Part shown: in pieces, positions 54,731 to 63,603 of the stretch
How positions within the stretch are numbered: position 1 is the stretch's first letter
How the letters are laid out: every line of letters begins with the position of its first letter
Source of the DNA: an uncultured Anaerolineaceae bacterium
GTDB taxonomy: Bacteria > Chloroflexota > Anaerolineae > Anaerolineales > UBA4823
DNA length: 64,000 nucleotides
NCBI GenBank assembly: GCA_964400875.1
Contig: CAYNWK010000003.1
Location: forward strand, 34,702 to 98,701
Direction: 5' to 3'
Program-made: the position numbers and the translations under genes
Notes under the pieces: model-generated
The model's input: the letters and a program-made list of their open reading frames with translations, nothing else
Told to the model about the DNA's origin: nothing
The model's database searches: none

Positions 54731-55261
54731 ATGACCCACCCCCAGACGATCGTGCTGGAGACCGATAGGCTGGTCCTCCGGCGCCTGACCCATGAGGACC
54801 TGGACGCGCTGTACGCCCTGTACCGCGATCCCGATGTCAGGAAATATTTTCCTGAAGGCACCTTGAACTATGAGGAGACCCTGGAAGAGCTGGACTGGTT
54901 CATCGATGTCTATTATGCGAAGTACGGCTACGGCCTGTGGGCGACCATTTACAAAGAGACCGGCGAGTTCATCGGCCGCTGCGGCCTGATCCCGTGGACG
55001 TTGGAAGGGCGCTCCGAAATCGAGGTGGCCTACATGCTTGCCAAGGAGTACTGGGGACAGGGCCTGGGCACGGAAGCCGCCCAGGCGATCCTCGATTACG
55101 GGTTCGAACAATTGGGTTTTGACCGCTTGATCTGCCTGATCGACGCTGACAACCAGGCTTCGATCGGGGTGGCGGAAAAGATCGGCATGCACTTTGAAAA
55201 AGAGATCGTCGACGACAAAGGGCCGGCGATGATGTATTCTCGCGCCAGGTCTTCTATGTGA
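54731..55261 (+). CDS. GNAT N-acetyltransferase (RimJ/RimL-like, Acetyltransf_3)
   Basis: TDRLVLRRLTHEDLDALY… N-terminus and the WGQGLGTEA acetyl-CoA loop. Confidence 0.85.
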   Translation: MTHPQTIVLETDRLVLRRLTHEDLDALYALYRDPDVRKYFPEGTLNYEETLEELDWFIDVYYAKYGYGLWATIYKETGEFIGRCGLIPWTLEGRSEIEVAYMLAKEYWGQGLGTEAAQAILDYGFEQLGFDRLICLIDADNQASIGVAEKIGMHFEKEIVDDKGPAMMYSRARSSM

Positions 55262-55273
55262 CAGGACTAGTGT

Positions 55274-55579
55274 ATGTATGCGATGTGTGGAAAACTTGTC
55301 GCCCGGAGCGGCGCACGCGACCAATTGATCGACGTCTTGACCCGCGCGGCGCAGGTCGTGGCTGGACTGCCCGACTGCCGGCAGTACCTGGTGAGCGAAG
55401 ACCTGGCCGAGGAAGACGCCGTCTGGGTGTTTGAGGTCTGGGAGGATAAGGCCTCCCACGACGCCTCGCTGGATGACGAGCGAGTCCAATTGCTGATCGC
55501 TGGCGGCAGGCCGCTGATGGACGCGCCGCCGGAGGGCGCCGAGTTGAACCTCGTCGGCGGGTATGGGCTCGATCGGTGA
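55274..55579 (+). CDS. Antibiotic-biosynthesis-monooxygenase (ABM) domain protein
   Basis: 101 aa with a ferredoxin-like pattern …CRQYLVSEDLAEEDAVWVFEVWEDKASHDASL…. Confidence 0.75.
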   Translation: MYAMCGKLVARSGARDQLIDVLTRAAQVVAGLPDCRQYLVSEDLAEEDAVWVFEVWEDKASHDASLDDERVQLLIAGGRPLMDAPPEGAELNLVGGYGLDR

Positions 55580-55604
55580 ACGTCTACAGTTTGGAGAGGC
55601 GCTG

Positions 55605-56081
55605 ATGAAGGGCGCCGTCCAGTTACGAGATATCCAGCAAAGCGATCTGCCGATCTTCTACGAACACCAGCTGGACCCGGACGCCACGCGAATGGCTGCC
55701 TTTCCGTCCAGGGACAGGGAGGCTTTCATAGCCCATTGGAACAAGATCCTGGGCGACGGGACGATCCTCAAAAAGACCATCCTCTACGAGGGACAGGTTG
55801 CCGGCAACCTGGTATGCTTCGGAGAACCCGCCGAACGCATGGTCGGCTATTGGGTTGGTAAGTCTTTCTGGGGGAAGGGGATCGCCACCCAGGCGTTGGC
55901 GGCCTTCCTGGAGATCGTCAAGGAGCGCCCGCTCTTCGCCCACGCCGCCAAACACAACCTCGCCTCCCTGCGGGTCCTGGAGAAATGCGGGTTCACGCCG
56001 ATCGGCGAGGCGAGCGAACCGGTTGAAGGCGGCGAGCCGATGGAGGAAATTATTCTCGTGCTGGGAGCAAGCGAACGATAA
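55605..56081 (+). CDS. GNAT N-acetyltransferase
   Basis: LRDIQQSDLPIFYEH… and the WGKGIATQA acetyl-CoA loop. ATG at 55605 after GGAGAGG. Confidence 0.85.
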   Translation: MKGAVQLRDIQQSDLPIFYEHQLDPDATRMAAFPSRDREAFIAHWNKILGDGTILKKTILYEGQVAGNLVCFGEPAERMVGYWVGKSFWGKGIATQALAAFLEIVKERPLFAHAAKHNLASLRVLEKCGFTPIGEASEPVEGGEPMEEIILVLGASER

Positions 56082-56107
56082 ACCTTCGAATTGAACAGGA
56101 GATGACG

Positions 56108-56551
56108 ATGGAATTGCCAGAGTATATTTCGAAACAAGAAGTCCAGCAGGTATGCCGGGAGTTGGGCATTCGCGATTGGACCGCGCTCACTGAGCCGGAG
56201 GTCACCCTGGAAGAGGCGCAGAGCATCCAGGCGGAGGTGGGCGCGGAGGCATCCGAGATCCCCCTCGAATCGTTCCGCCAGGGCCTGGAAGTCGAATTGG
56301 AGCACGGCGTGGTATTTCCCGACGCCAACGTGACCAACAACCACCCAATCCTGACCGGGAAGATCGTTCTGGCGCATCTCAAAGAGACCCTGGATTACTA
56401 CCAGCGCCTCGAAGTAGCCGAGCTGGAGGGCGACCTGATGAAGGCGGTGGCTAAAGACGACCGTGAGGCGCTGATGCGTAAGTTTCAACAGCTGATCGTC
56501 GCTCGAGCAAACTTGCGATCCCAGGAGGCGGCGCAGTTAATGGAGCAGTGA
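56108..56551 (+). CDS. Hypothetical protein
   Basis: Acidic 147-aa ORF with an SD (AGGAG) 6 nt upstream. The …GLEVELEHG… motif is reminiscent of DUF5661, but I am not confident of that. Confidence 0.55.
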   Translation: MELPEYISKQEVQQVCRELGIRDWTALTEPEVTLEEAQSIQAEVGAEASEIPLESFRQGLEVELEHGVVFPDANVTNNHPILTGKIVLAHLKETLDYYQRLEVAELEGDLMKAVAKDDREALMRKFQQLIVARANLRSQEAAQLMEQ

Positions 56552-56613
56552 GGCTCGAAGCCTCCCTACACCTGAACCTGAGCCTGTTCTAAATTGCCGG
56601 GGCCAGGTTAACG

Positions 56614-56649
56614 AGCAAGCGGCGGGGCACTCGCTGCCCGCCGCTTGCT
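56614..56649. terminator. Hairpin between convergent genes (bidirectional terminator candidate)
   Basis: agcaagcggcggg / cccgccgcttgct 13-bp stem. Confidence 0.5.
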
Positions 56650-56693
56650 GCCGTCGATCCAGGGGATTACCCCCGATCAACCAGGTAGTTTGG

Positions 56694-57896
56694 CTACGGT
56701 TTTCCGCCGTTCCCGCCACCGTTGCCCCCCGACTCATTCGGGTTGTTCTGCCCGCCTGGACTGTTTTGTTGCCCGTCCTCTTTCTGGGTGCAGTCTCCCG
56801 TGCATTCGCCTGCGCCAGGCCCCTGGCCGTACTGCTCTCCCGACCCGTCCTCAGGACCGTCGCCTTCGCCAGGCCCCGGGCCGTATTGCTCACCGGACCC
56901 ATCTTCAGGACCATCGCCTGCTCCGGGACCGGGACCGTAGTGGTTGCCCGGGCCGTCGCTGGGGCCAGGACCGTATTGCTCGCCCTCGCAGTCCTCCGTG
57001 CAGTCGCCTGGTCCTGGGCCGTATTGCTCGCCGGACCCGTCCTCCGGGCTCTCTCCCGGCCCTGGGCCGTAGCCGGACTCAGGGGCGTTCTCGGTTCCGT
57101 GGCGATAATGCTGTTGGAATTGCAGAGGGTCCTCTATGCCAGCCTCCACCAACCTGAGCCGCTCGCGCAGCCGGGCCTGCACCTGTGCCATCAGCGGGGT
57201 AGATTCGTCCGGGCTGTGCTGGCGTAACCGGGTCATCAACCGGTCCTGGGCCTGCAAACGATCGCGTATGCGCAGCAGCACAGGTTCCAGGTCAGCGCCG
57301 GTTTGTTCGGCCGCCAACGCCAGGGCAAGATCCATCTGGCGCTGCCAACGCTCGGCGACTTGCGCCGGCACCTGGAGTCCACCCTCCACCAGGCCAACCA
57401 TTTCAAGCATGCGGCGGTGGGCGAAGCTCAACGCCAGGTCGAGCTGTGAAGATGGCGCGGAGGCCAGTTCCAGGCGCAGGTCTTCGCTCCAGGTCTTGAC
57501 CGGGTAGAGCGGCTCATCCGGCAGGCTCTCCTGGGCGGCGAAGACCGTCGCGCCCGCACCGCCGAAGAGCAAGGTCAGGCTGAGGAGGATGGTGGCTAAA
57601 GTTGGTATCATGGCAAAGCGCTCCTTCTGTATGGGTGGTTGGACGATTCGTTCGATCCACCCTTTAAGACGCTTTACCGGGCCGGTTGTTATGGCCTGTT
57701 CTATCCGAGCTGGCTGATCCGGCTTAGCCGCCAAACCTGCCCGAGCACGAGTAGCCTGGGCCGCTGCGGCTGCCTGAATCAGGAACTGCTCCCGGCCGCG
57801 GGCCGCCTTCTGCGGATCGCGGGGCGGAACCTGGCGCAATCCACCCAGCGCATGAATGATCTCGGCTTCAAAGGGGTCCCTGGCGTCCGGATTCAT
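56694..57896 (-). CDS. Anti-sigma-factor-like membrane protein (DUF5667-like ectodomain) with a Gly/Pro-rich repeat tail
   Basis: ATGA overlap with the sigma gene and a single TM segment (MIPTLATILLSLTLLFGGAGATVFA). It has a helical ectodomain and C-terminal repeats EDGSGEQYGPGPG (about 5 units). Confidence 0.75.
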   Translation of the reverse strand: MNPDARDPFEAEIIHALGGLRQVPPRDPQKAARGREQFLIQAAAAAQATRARAGLAAKPDQPARIEQAITTGPVKRLKGWIERIVQPPIQKERFAMIPTLATILLSLTLLFGGAGATVFAAQESLPDEPLYPVKTWSEDLRLELASAPSSQLDLALSFAHRRMLEMVGLVEGGLQVPAQVAERWQRQMDLALALAAEQTGADLEPVLLRIRDRLQAQDRLMTRLRQHSPDESTPLMAQVQARLRERLRLVEAGIEDPLQFQQHYRHGTENAPESGYGPGPGESPEDGSGEQYGPGPGDCTEDCEGEQYGPGPSDGPGNHYGPGPGAGDGPEDGSGEQYGPGPGEGDGPEDGSGEQYGQGPGAGECTGDCTQKEDGQQNSPGGQNNPNESGGNGGGNGGKP

Positions 57897-58444
57897 GAAA
57901 AAACCTCGCTTTCAGGGATCAATAAGCGCCTCAAGGCGTTCAACCCCCGGTGCTGCAAGGCGCGCACCGCGCCTTCATTTTTGTTCAGCGCTCTGGCGAT
58001 CTCCCCATGCCCCCAGCCTTCAAGATACCGGAGTACGATCACCTGGCGTTGATCGGCGGTCAGCCGGGCCAGCGCAGCCCGGACCTGTTCCCGCTCAGAG
58101 GCCTCCTGGATTGTTTTGGACGGGTTCTCGTCCGGACCGGCGTGCAGGTCCGCTTTCAGCGGCAGAGACGGCGCCGGGCCGCGCCGGTACAGGTCGCTGA
58201 CCCAGTTGTGCGCCACCCGGTACAGGTAGGCGCGCAGATATTGGCGCGGCCCCTTGCCCTCTTTGAAGGCATGCAGCAAGCGGCTAAAAGTCTCCGCCAC
58301 GCACTCTTCCGCCAGGTCGGCGTCGCCGAGCAGGCGCATAGCGTACCGGTAGAGCTCCGGGCTGTACCGGTCGTAGATTTCGACCAGCGCCTCATCCTCA
58401 AAGCGCTGCGCGCGCGGCAGTAAGTCTGCTGCAGATGCCATCAT
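57893..58444 (-). CDS. ECF-type RNA polymerase sigma-70 family factor
   Basis: Region 2 (…ALVEIYDRYSPELYRYAMRLLGD…ETF…) and region 4 HTH (…VIVLRYLEGWGHGEIARALNKNEGAVRALQHRG…). Start set to the ATGATG at 58444. Confidence 0.88.
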   Translation of the reverse strand: MMASAADLLPRAQRFEDEALVEIYDRYSPELYRYAMRLLGDADLAEECVAETFSRLLHAFKEGKGPRQYLRAYLYRVAHNWVSDLYRRGPAPSLPLKADLHAGPDENPSKTIQEASEREQVRAALARLTADQRQVIVLRYLEGWGHGEIARALNKNEGAVRALQHRGLNALRRLLIPESEVFS

Positions 58445-58453
58445 CACTTGATT

Positions 58454-58479
58454 AGACGCCGGAAATCCGCTATGGTTAC
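58454..58479 (-). promoter_or_regulatory. ECF-type promoter directly upstream of the sigma gene; implies a near-leaderless mRNA
   Basis: The minus strand reads GTAAC, then catagcggatttccgg (16 nt), then CGTCT, then 9 nt, then ATG. Confidence 0.55.
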
Positions 58480-58505
58480 GGCTTGGGGTAAGTTTTAAGG
58501 TTAAA

Positions 58506-58560
58506 GCGCACGCGGTTGGTGGGAGGGGTGGGTGTTTGGTCTGGCGCAGCTCTCCTAACA
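58506..58560. repeat. Probable truncated copy of the intergenic palindrome family
   Basis: gcgcacgcggttggtgggaggggtgggtgtttggtctggcgcagctctcctaac shares gggtgtttgg and the end motifs with the other copies. Confidence 0.4.
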
Positions 58561-58583
58561 TCCACGATTCTTTCATAAATCGC

Positions 58584-58610
58584 GTAACTTTTAAGGGGCG
58601 CGTTACGTTT
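58584..58610 (+). promoter_or_regulatory. Second ECF-like promoter, oriented toward the 848-aa secreted protein gene
   Basis: GTAAC, then 17 nt, then CGTTT on the plus strand, about 210 nt upstream of the ATG at 58821. Confidence 0.35.
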
Positions 58611-58820
58611 TACAGGATAGACAAATTAAGCCGTCAAAATTGGTAAAAATAGGTAAAATTAGCGCAAGAGACAATTACGCATCTCTGGCTGAACGGGGGG
58701 TCAGGGATCATTCAGCCCTTCCTTCGATCATCAACCAAGGAGGTGAACGCTAAACAATGCTCTTCAGCTTGGCTCCCCATTAACCTCAATAATAAACCGA
58801 CTTTCAAGAGGAGAATCGTA

Positions 58821-61367
58821 ATGATGCGTTACTTGCTCAGGATCAGCACGCTGATCGCAATGCTGACCAGCACGTTCCTGGTTCCTTCCATCGGCCTGGC
58901 CGAAGGAAGCGACGATGGGCTCGAGCCGCTGGTTGTTTTTCCCTCCCGAACCGACACTTCCATGAATCTGCGTGATATTCCCACCAACCCCCCGGATATG
59001 CAAGGCCGGGTGCTGCCGCGCAAGATGCTGCCTAACCGGGTTGGCAGCCAGGGGCCCGCAGGGCCCGATCCGGTCCAGCAAGAATCCACCGGCCCGGCCG
59101 CGCCGGCCAACGGCGCCAATTTTGAGGGCATCAACAACGTCGATGGTGTGCTGCCCCCAGACACGGTTGGCGAAGTCGGTCCCAACCACTACGTCCAGAT
59201 GGTCAACCTGTCCTTCGCCATCTGGGATCGCAGTGGGAGTTTGCTTTACGGCCCGGCGAGCAGCAACACGCTGTGGTCGGGTTTTGGCGGCCCATGCGAG
59301 TCCACCAACGACGGCGACCCCGTTGTGCTATACGATCACCTTGCGGACCGCTGGATGATGAGCCAGTTCGCCTTGCCCAGCTTCCCCATAGGCCCATTTT
59401 ACGAGTGTATCGCCGTCTCTCAAACCGGCGATCCAACCGGCGCCTGGTACCGCTACGAATACCGTATGGGCAATAAGATGAACGACTATCCCAAGTTCGG
59501 CGTCTGGCCCGACGGATATTATATGACGATGAACCAGTTCAATCAGGGGTCCTTGTCCTGGGGCGGTCAAGGTGTAGCCGTCTTCGATCGGACCAAGATG
59601 CTCAACGGCCAATCTGCCAAGATGGTTTACTTCGATCTGTACAAAATGGATCCCAATCTCGGCGGTATGTTACCGGCTGACTTAGACGGCCCCGCCCCGC
59701 CCGCCGGTACACCGAATTATTTCTCTCAATTCGACGATGACGCCTGGGGTTATTCTCCTGACCAGCTGCAGATCTGGCAGTTCCATACCGATTGGTCGAA
59801 CCCTCGCAACGCCACATTCACTCACGTGGTCGATCTGCCAACCGCGGCTTTCGACTCCAACCTGTGCGGGTATGACCGCAACTGCATTCCCCAACCAGGC
59901 GGGACCAACGTGGATGCCATCTCGGACCGGTTGATGTACCGCCTGCAGTACCGAGACTTCGGCGATCACCAATCTATCGTGCTCAACCACAGCGTAAACG
60001 TAGGCAGCGACCGCGCCGGCGTACGCTGGTACGAACTGCGCAACAGCGGCGGCGGGTGGAACATCCACCAGCAGGGCACCTACGCTCCGAGCGATGGGGA
60101 CAGCCGCTGGATGGCCAGCATCGCCATGAACGCGCTGGGCGACATTGGCCTGGGTTTCTCGGTGTCCGGGAGCAGCACTTTCCCGTCGATCCGTTATACC
60201 GGTCGCCTGGACGGCGACCCCCTCGGACAGATGACCCAGGGTGAGGGGACGATCATCGCCGGCAGCGGCTACCAGACCCACAGCGCCGGGCGTTGGGGCG
60301 ATTACAGCACCCTGTCCGTCGATCCCACCGATGACTGCACCTTCTGGTACACGCAGGAGTACTACGCAACGGTCGGTTCAGCCCCCTGGCAGACGCGCGT
60401 CGGCGCCTTCACGCTGCGCGACTGCGGCGGCGGGCCGGTGGACAACCCGCCCAGCGTGAACATCACCAACCCAGGGGATGGAGCGACCGTCTCCGGTACT
60501 GTGACGGTTACCGCAGACGCCTCCGACGACAACGGGGTGACGAAGGTCGAGTTCTTCGTCGATGGGAACAGCCTTGGCGTGGACAGCAACGGCGGCGACG
60601 GCTGGTCGGCCAGCTGGGACACAACCACTGCATCGAACGGCGCGCACACCGTCAGCGCTACTGCAACCGACACGATCGGTCAGACCGGCACGGACAGCGT
60701 CGGGGTCACCGTGGATAACGGCGGACCGGTAGACAACCCGCCCAACGTGAACATCACCAACCCCGCAGCTGGCGCTACCGTTTCCGGTGCTGTTACGGTC
60801 ACCGCGGATGCCTCCGATGATAACGGGGTGACGCAGGTTGAGTTCTTCGTCGATGGGACCAGCCTCGGCGTGGACAGCAACGGCGGCGACGGCTGGTCAG
60901 CCAGCTGGGATACCACGACCACGACGGACGGCGCTCATATCGTCAGCGCTACCGCGACCGACACGATCGGCCAGACCGGTTCGGACAGTATTGGGGTAAG
61001 CGTGAATAACGGCGGCCCCGGCGGTACGACCCTGCATATCGGCGATCTGGACGGAAGCGGGCAGGATAGCGGGCGCAAGTGGGACGCGGAGGTGACCATC
61101 ACGGTTCACGATGCCGATCACAACCCGGTGGCGAACGCCACGGTCTACGGCGTGTTCCCGGGCGGCCGGGGCGCTCCCACCGTCTCCTGCACTACGGATG
61201 GGAGCGGCGTTTGCACGGTGAGCAAGACGAACATCAACGGCAACAGCGCTAGCGTAACTTTCACCGTCGAGGATGTGACCCATGCCAGCTTGGCTTACGA
61301 CGCTGCGGCCAACCACGATCCGGATGGCGACAGCGATGGCACCGTCATCGTAGTCAACAAACCATAA
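58821..61367 (+). CDS. Large secreted protein: an N-terminal ~530-aa beta-rich domain, two tandem Ig-like domains and a C-terminal beta domain
   Basis: Signal peptide MMRYLLRISTLIAMLTSTFLVPSIGLAEG. The N-domain carries recurring …RWGDYS…/…DPVVLYD… motifs. Two 97-aa repeats follow (PVDNPP.VNITNP…VTVTADASDDNGVT.VEFFVDG…). Confidence 0.85.
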   Translation: MMRYLLRISTLIAMLTSTFLVPSIGLAEGSDDGLEPLVVFPSRTDTSMNLRDIPTNPPDMQGRVLPRKMLPNRVGSQGPAGPDPVQQESTGPAAPANGANFEGINNVDGVLPPDTVGEVGPNHYVQMVNLSFAIWDRSGSLLYGPASSNTLWSGFGGPCESTNDGDPVVLYDHLADRWMMSQFALPSFPIGPFYECIAVSQTGDPTGAWYRYEYRMGNKMNDYPKFGVWPDGYYMTMNQFNQGSLSWGGQGVAVFDRTKMLNGQSAKMVYFDLYKMDPNLGGMLPADLDGPAPPAGTPNYFSQFDDDAWGYSPDQLQIWQFHTDWSNPRNATFTHVVDLPTAAFDSNLCGYDRNCIPQPGGTNVDAISDRLMYRLQYRDFGDHQSIVLNHSVNVGSDRAGVRWYELRNSGGGWNIHQQGTYAPSDGDSRWMASIAMNALGDIGLGFSVSGSSTFPSIRYTGRLDGDPLGQMTQGEGTIIAGSGYQTHSAGRWGDYSTLSVDPTDDCTFWYTQEYYATVGSAPWQTRVGAFTLRDCGGGPVDNPPSVNITNPGDGATVSGTVTVTADASDDNGVTKVEFFVDGNSLGVDSNGGDGWSASWDTTTASNGAHTVSATATDTIGQTGTDSVGVTVDNGGPVDNPPNVNITNPAAGATVSGAVTVTADASDDNGVTQVEFFVDGTSLGVDSNGGDGWSASWDTTTTTDGAHIVSATATDTIGQTGSDSIGVSVNNGGPGGTTLHIGDLDGSGQDSGRKWDAEVTITVHDADHNPVANATVYGVFPGGRGAPTVSCTTDGSGVCTVSKTNINGNSASVTFTVEDVTHASLAYDAAANHDPDGDSDGTVIVVNKP
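60429..61010 (+). repeat. Tandem 291-bp in-frame duplication (2 units) encoding the Ig-like domains
   Basis: The units 60429-60719 and 60720-61010 align over their full length with scattered substitutions of all types. Confidence 0.9.
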
Positions 61368-61436
61368 TCGGGGCAGCGAGGGAGATGATGCAACTATCGT
61401 AGTCAGCAAACCCTGACGCAGTTTGCCCATCGACAA

Positions 61437-61482
61437 GCGGGAGGTCGTTACGCCTTCGCGGCGACCTCCCGCTGATTTATTT
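61437..61482 (+). terminator. Intrinsic terminator of the secreted-protein gene
   Basis: gcgggaggtcg / cgacctcccgc stem followed by tgatttattt. Confidence 0.65.
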
Positions 61483-61533
61483 AAGTAGGGAATTCGAGCG
61501 GGTTTTGCCCGAATACCCTACTCTCTTGATCAG

Positions 61534-63015
61534 CTATGGTTCGCGCAGGTTGACCTTGTATAAGATCCCGTCCCAAGTGATGAAGTAAGTGAAACCTTCG
61601 CGCGTCAGGCTGTTGTTGAACCCCGGCAGGTTGTTAAACCGCTCTTCCCACACCGGATTGGATTCCAGCGGCGAGTACAGGCCGCACAGGGTGGATTCGA
61701 AATTTTCATCGCTCTGGCAGAGGAGCACCCGCGAACTCGCATAATCGGGGTCGCCGGCGCTGGTCTTTACGAAGGAGAGGGTATGGCTGCCCAACAGCTC
61801 GCCGTCGTTTGAAAACCAGGTCAGCTCTCGTTCGGGAAAATCTCCGAAGGTCAACCAGATAACGCTGTTCTGGTCCACCACCAGCGATCTGGGGAAGGTT
61901 TGCGCGCCGGATCCGCCTGAAGGGTCGGCCTGCCTGACTGTTTCTAACTGGTCGCCCCGGATGGCGAGCTGAACGACGCTCCCACCCGAGCGGGCGTACA
62001 GGTTACCGTCAAGCCCGGACACGTATTCGTCGATCTTCACGGGGGTTTCGTAATGCAGCAATTCTCCGCTCCGGGCATCGAACAGGTCCTCGCGCAGGCT
62101 GACCAGATCTCCCGCCAGGTTGACCTTCGGCTGGTCGTAAAACAATTCTGTCTCCACACGGGTCGCCCACAGGTCCTGCCCGGCGGGTGAAACCGCCTGC
62201 AAGTAGCCCTGGCTGAAGTTGGTGGCGACGTTATAAGCCGTTCCCTCCGGGCCCAGGATCAGGTCACCGGCGGTGTTGGCCGCAGCCTTGGATTGCAGAC
62301 TCCACAGCGGGCCGTTGGCGTCGAAGGCATACAGCCGCGCGGCTACGTCGAGCAGGTAGAAGACGCCGCCTTGCACCGCAGGGTCGCTGAAAGGGTCGGC
62401 CTCCAACGGCTGCTCCCAGAGCAGCAAGCCGTTAGGTCCGGCGGCGTACACCGTGTTTTCCGCTGAGACGACCAGGATGGTCCCGTCAGGCAGACCGGCA
62501 GGCAAGATCGGGCGTTCTGCGCTCGTATCGGTCTCGGGGAGGAAAAAAGGCGGTTTTGGCAGGGGGAAAGAGCCGCGCAGGCTGCCGTCCGGGTTGATCG
62601 TGGTGAGCACGCCGCCTTCTTCGAGCGCGTAAACAGCACCATCGGCTCCCAGGGAGAAATCAAAGTTGAGCGGGCTCCGCAACGTATAGCTCCAGGCCAG
62701 CCCGGGGAAGTCGGCTGCGGTGGGCTGCGGTGGGGCTGTAGGTTCGGCGGTCTGCTCGCCAGGCTGAGTTGTTTGGACCGCGCCGCCAGGAGTGGCAGCA
62801 AGCGTCTCAGGCGGTGAGGTCTCGGTCGTTGTATTAGCCTGGGTTTCGCCGACCGGCGGAGTAGTCTCTATCGGCGGAAGCCCGCCTCCGCACCCGCCAA
62901 CGAGTAAAGCCAGCGATATAACCACCGCCAGCAAGGCCGGTATCGCCGTTCGTACAGTATTATGTTCTAAAGACCTGGGGGAGAGATCAGAATCCACCAT
63001 CGGCGCATCCCTCAA
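61534..63015 (-). CDS. PQQ-like beta-propeller repeat lipoprotein
   Basis: TM/lipobox LLVGGCGG, a T/P-rich linker, then repeated …G.V(Y/F)A…DG.LLW… blades. Confidence 0.7.
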   Translation of the reverse strand: MRDAPMVDSDLSPRSLEHNTVRTAIPALLAVVISLALLVGGCGGGLPPIETTPPVGETQANTTTETSPPETLAATPGGAVQTTQPGEQTAEPTAPPQPTAADFPGLAWSYTLRSPLNFDFSLGADGAVYALEEGGVLTTINPDGSLRGSFPLPKPPFFLPETDTSAERPILPAGLPDGTILVVSAENTVYAAGPNGLLLWEQPLEADPFSDPAVQGGVFYLLDVAARLYAFDANGPLWSLQSKAAANTAGDLILGPEGTAYNVATNFSQGYLQAVSPAGQDLWATRVETELFYDQPKVNLAGDLVSLREDLFDARSGELLHYETPVKIDEYVSGLDGNLYARSGGSVVQLAIRGDQLETVRQADPSGGSGAQTFPRSLVVDQNSVIWLTFGDFPERELTWFSNDGELLGSHTLSFVKTSAGDPDYASSRVLLCQSDENFESTLCGLYSPLESNPVWEERFNNLPGFNNSLTREGFTYFITWDGILYKVNLREP

Positions 63016-63103
63016 CTAATCGACTGATAGCCGGATTATATCGAAGGCGGAGAAGCCGCTTGGTGAGTATTTCGTTAAAGCGTAGGGCAGTATACCCCAA
63101 TCC

Positions 63104-63580
63104 TTACCCCTCCAGACTGGCGGCGATCAGCGCGTCGACCTGCCGGTGGTGGAATGCCTCGTGCCCGGCGTAGCCCAGAAACCATTCCAATCCGTTCATC
63201 GGCTCCAGGCCGCCGCTGTGAGTCAGCTCTACATCAACCTGCGCAGGTAGATTTTCCAGGTAGTGTATGGTTCCGGCTCGAGCCCGTTCGAACCAGAAGC
63301 GGATCGTATCCTTGGGTGTTTCGGGGGGCGGCGGTGGCGGGAGAAAGCGCACCCCCTCCGGCGGCTCGACGCCGGAGAGCAAGGGCCGGGCGATCAGCTC
63401 GCGAACGTAAATCTCGTCGATGGCCAGGTGCATGAACACCTCACCGAGCGACCAGGCTTCCTCTCCATCATGCTGTCCCGGGCGTGCGTTCAACTGGTCC
63501 TGGGTCAGATCGTCCAGGCGGCGCAAGGTCTCGGAACGCACCTGGGTCAGTCGTTCCAGGATCGCGGATATTTCAGGCAT
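63104..63580 (-). CDS. DinB-family (DinB_2) protein
   Basis: Four-helix pattern with conserved His residues (…WSLGEVFMHLA…, …GHEAFHHRQ…). Confidence 0.8.
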   Translation of the reverse strand: MPEISAILERLTQVRSETLRRLDDLTQDQLNARPGQHDGEEAWSLGEVFMHLAIDEIYVRELIARPLLSGVEPPEGVRFLPPPPPPETPKDTIRFWFERARAGTIHYLENLPAQVDVELTHSGGLEPMNGLEWFLGYAGHEAFHHRQVDALIAASLEG

Positions 63581-63603
63581 TGAATTCTCTCCTAGTCAAG
63601 GCG

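Noticed and set aside
54662-55489. 275-aa minus-strand ORF spanning the GNAT and ABM genes
   Set aside because: It is antisense to two well-supported genes, has low-complexity composition and has no SD. It is a high-GC artefact.
60429-61010. Diversity-generating retroelement (TR/VR pair) in the secreted protein
   Set aside because: Differences between the two repeats involve all nucleotide types rather than being adenine-specific. Both copies are in-frame coding domains, and there is no reverse transcriptase gene in the window.
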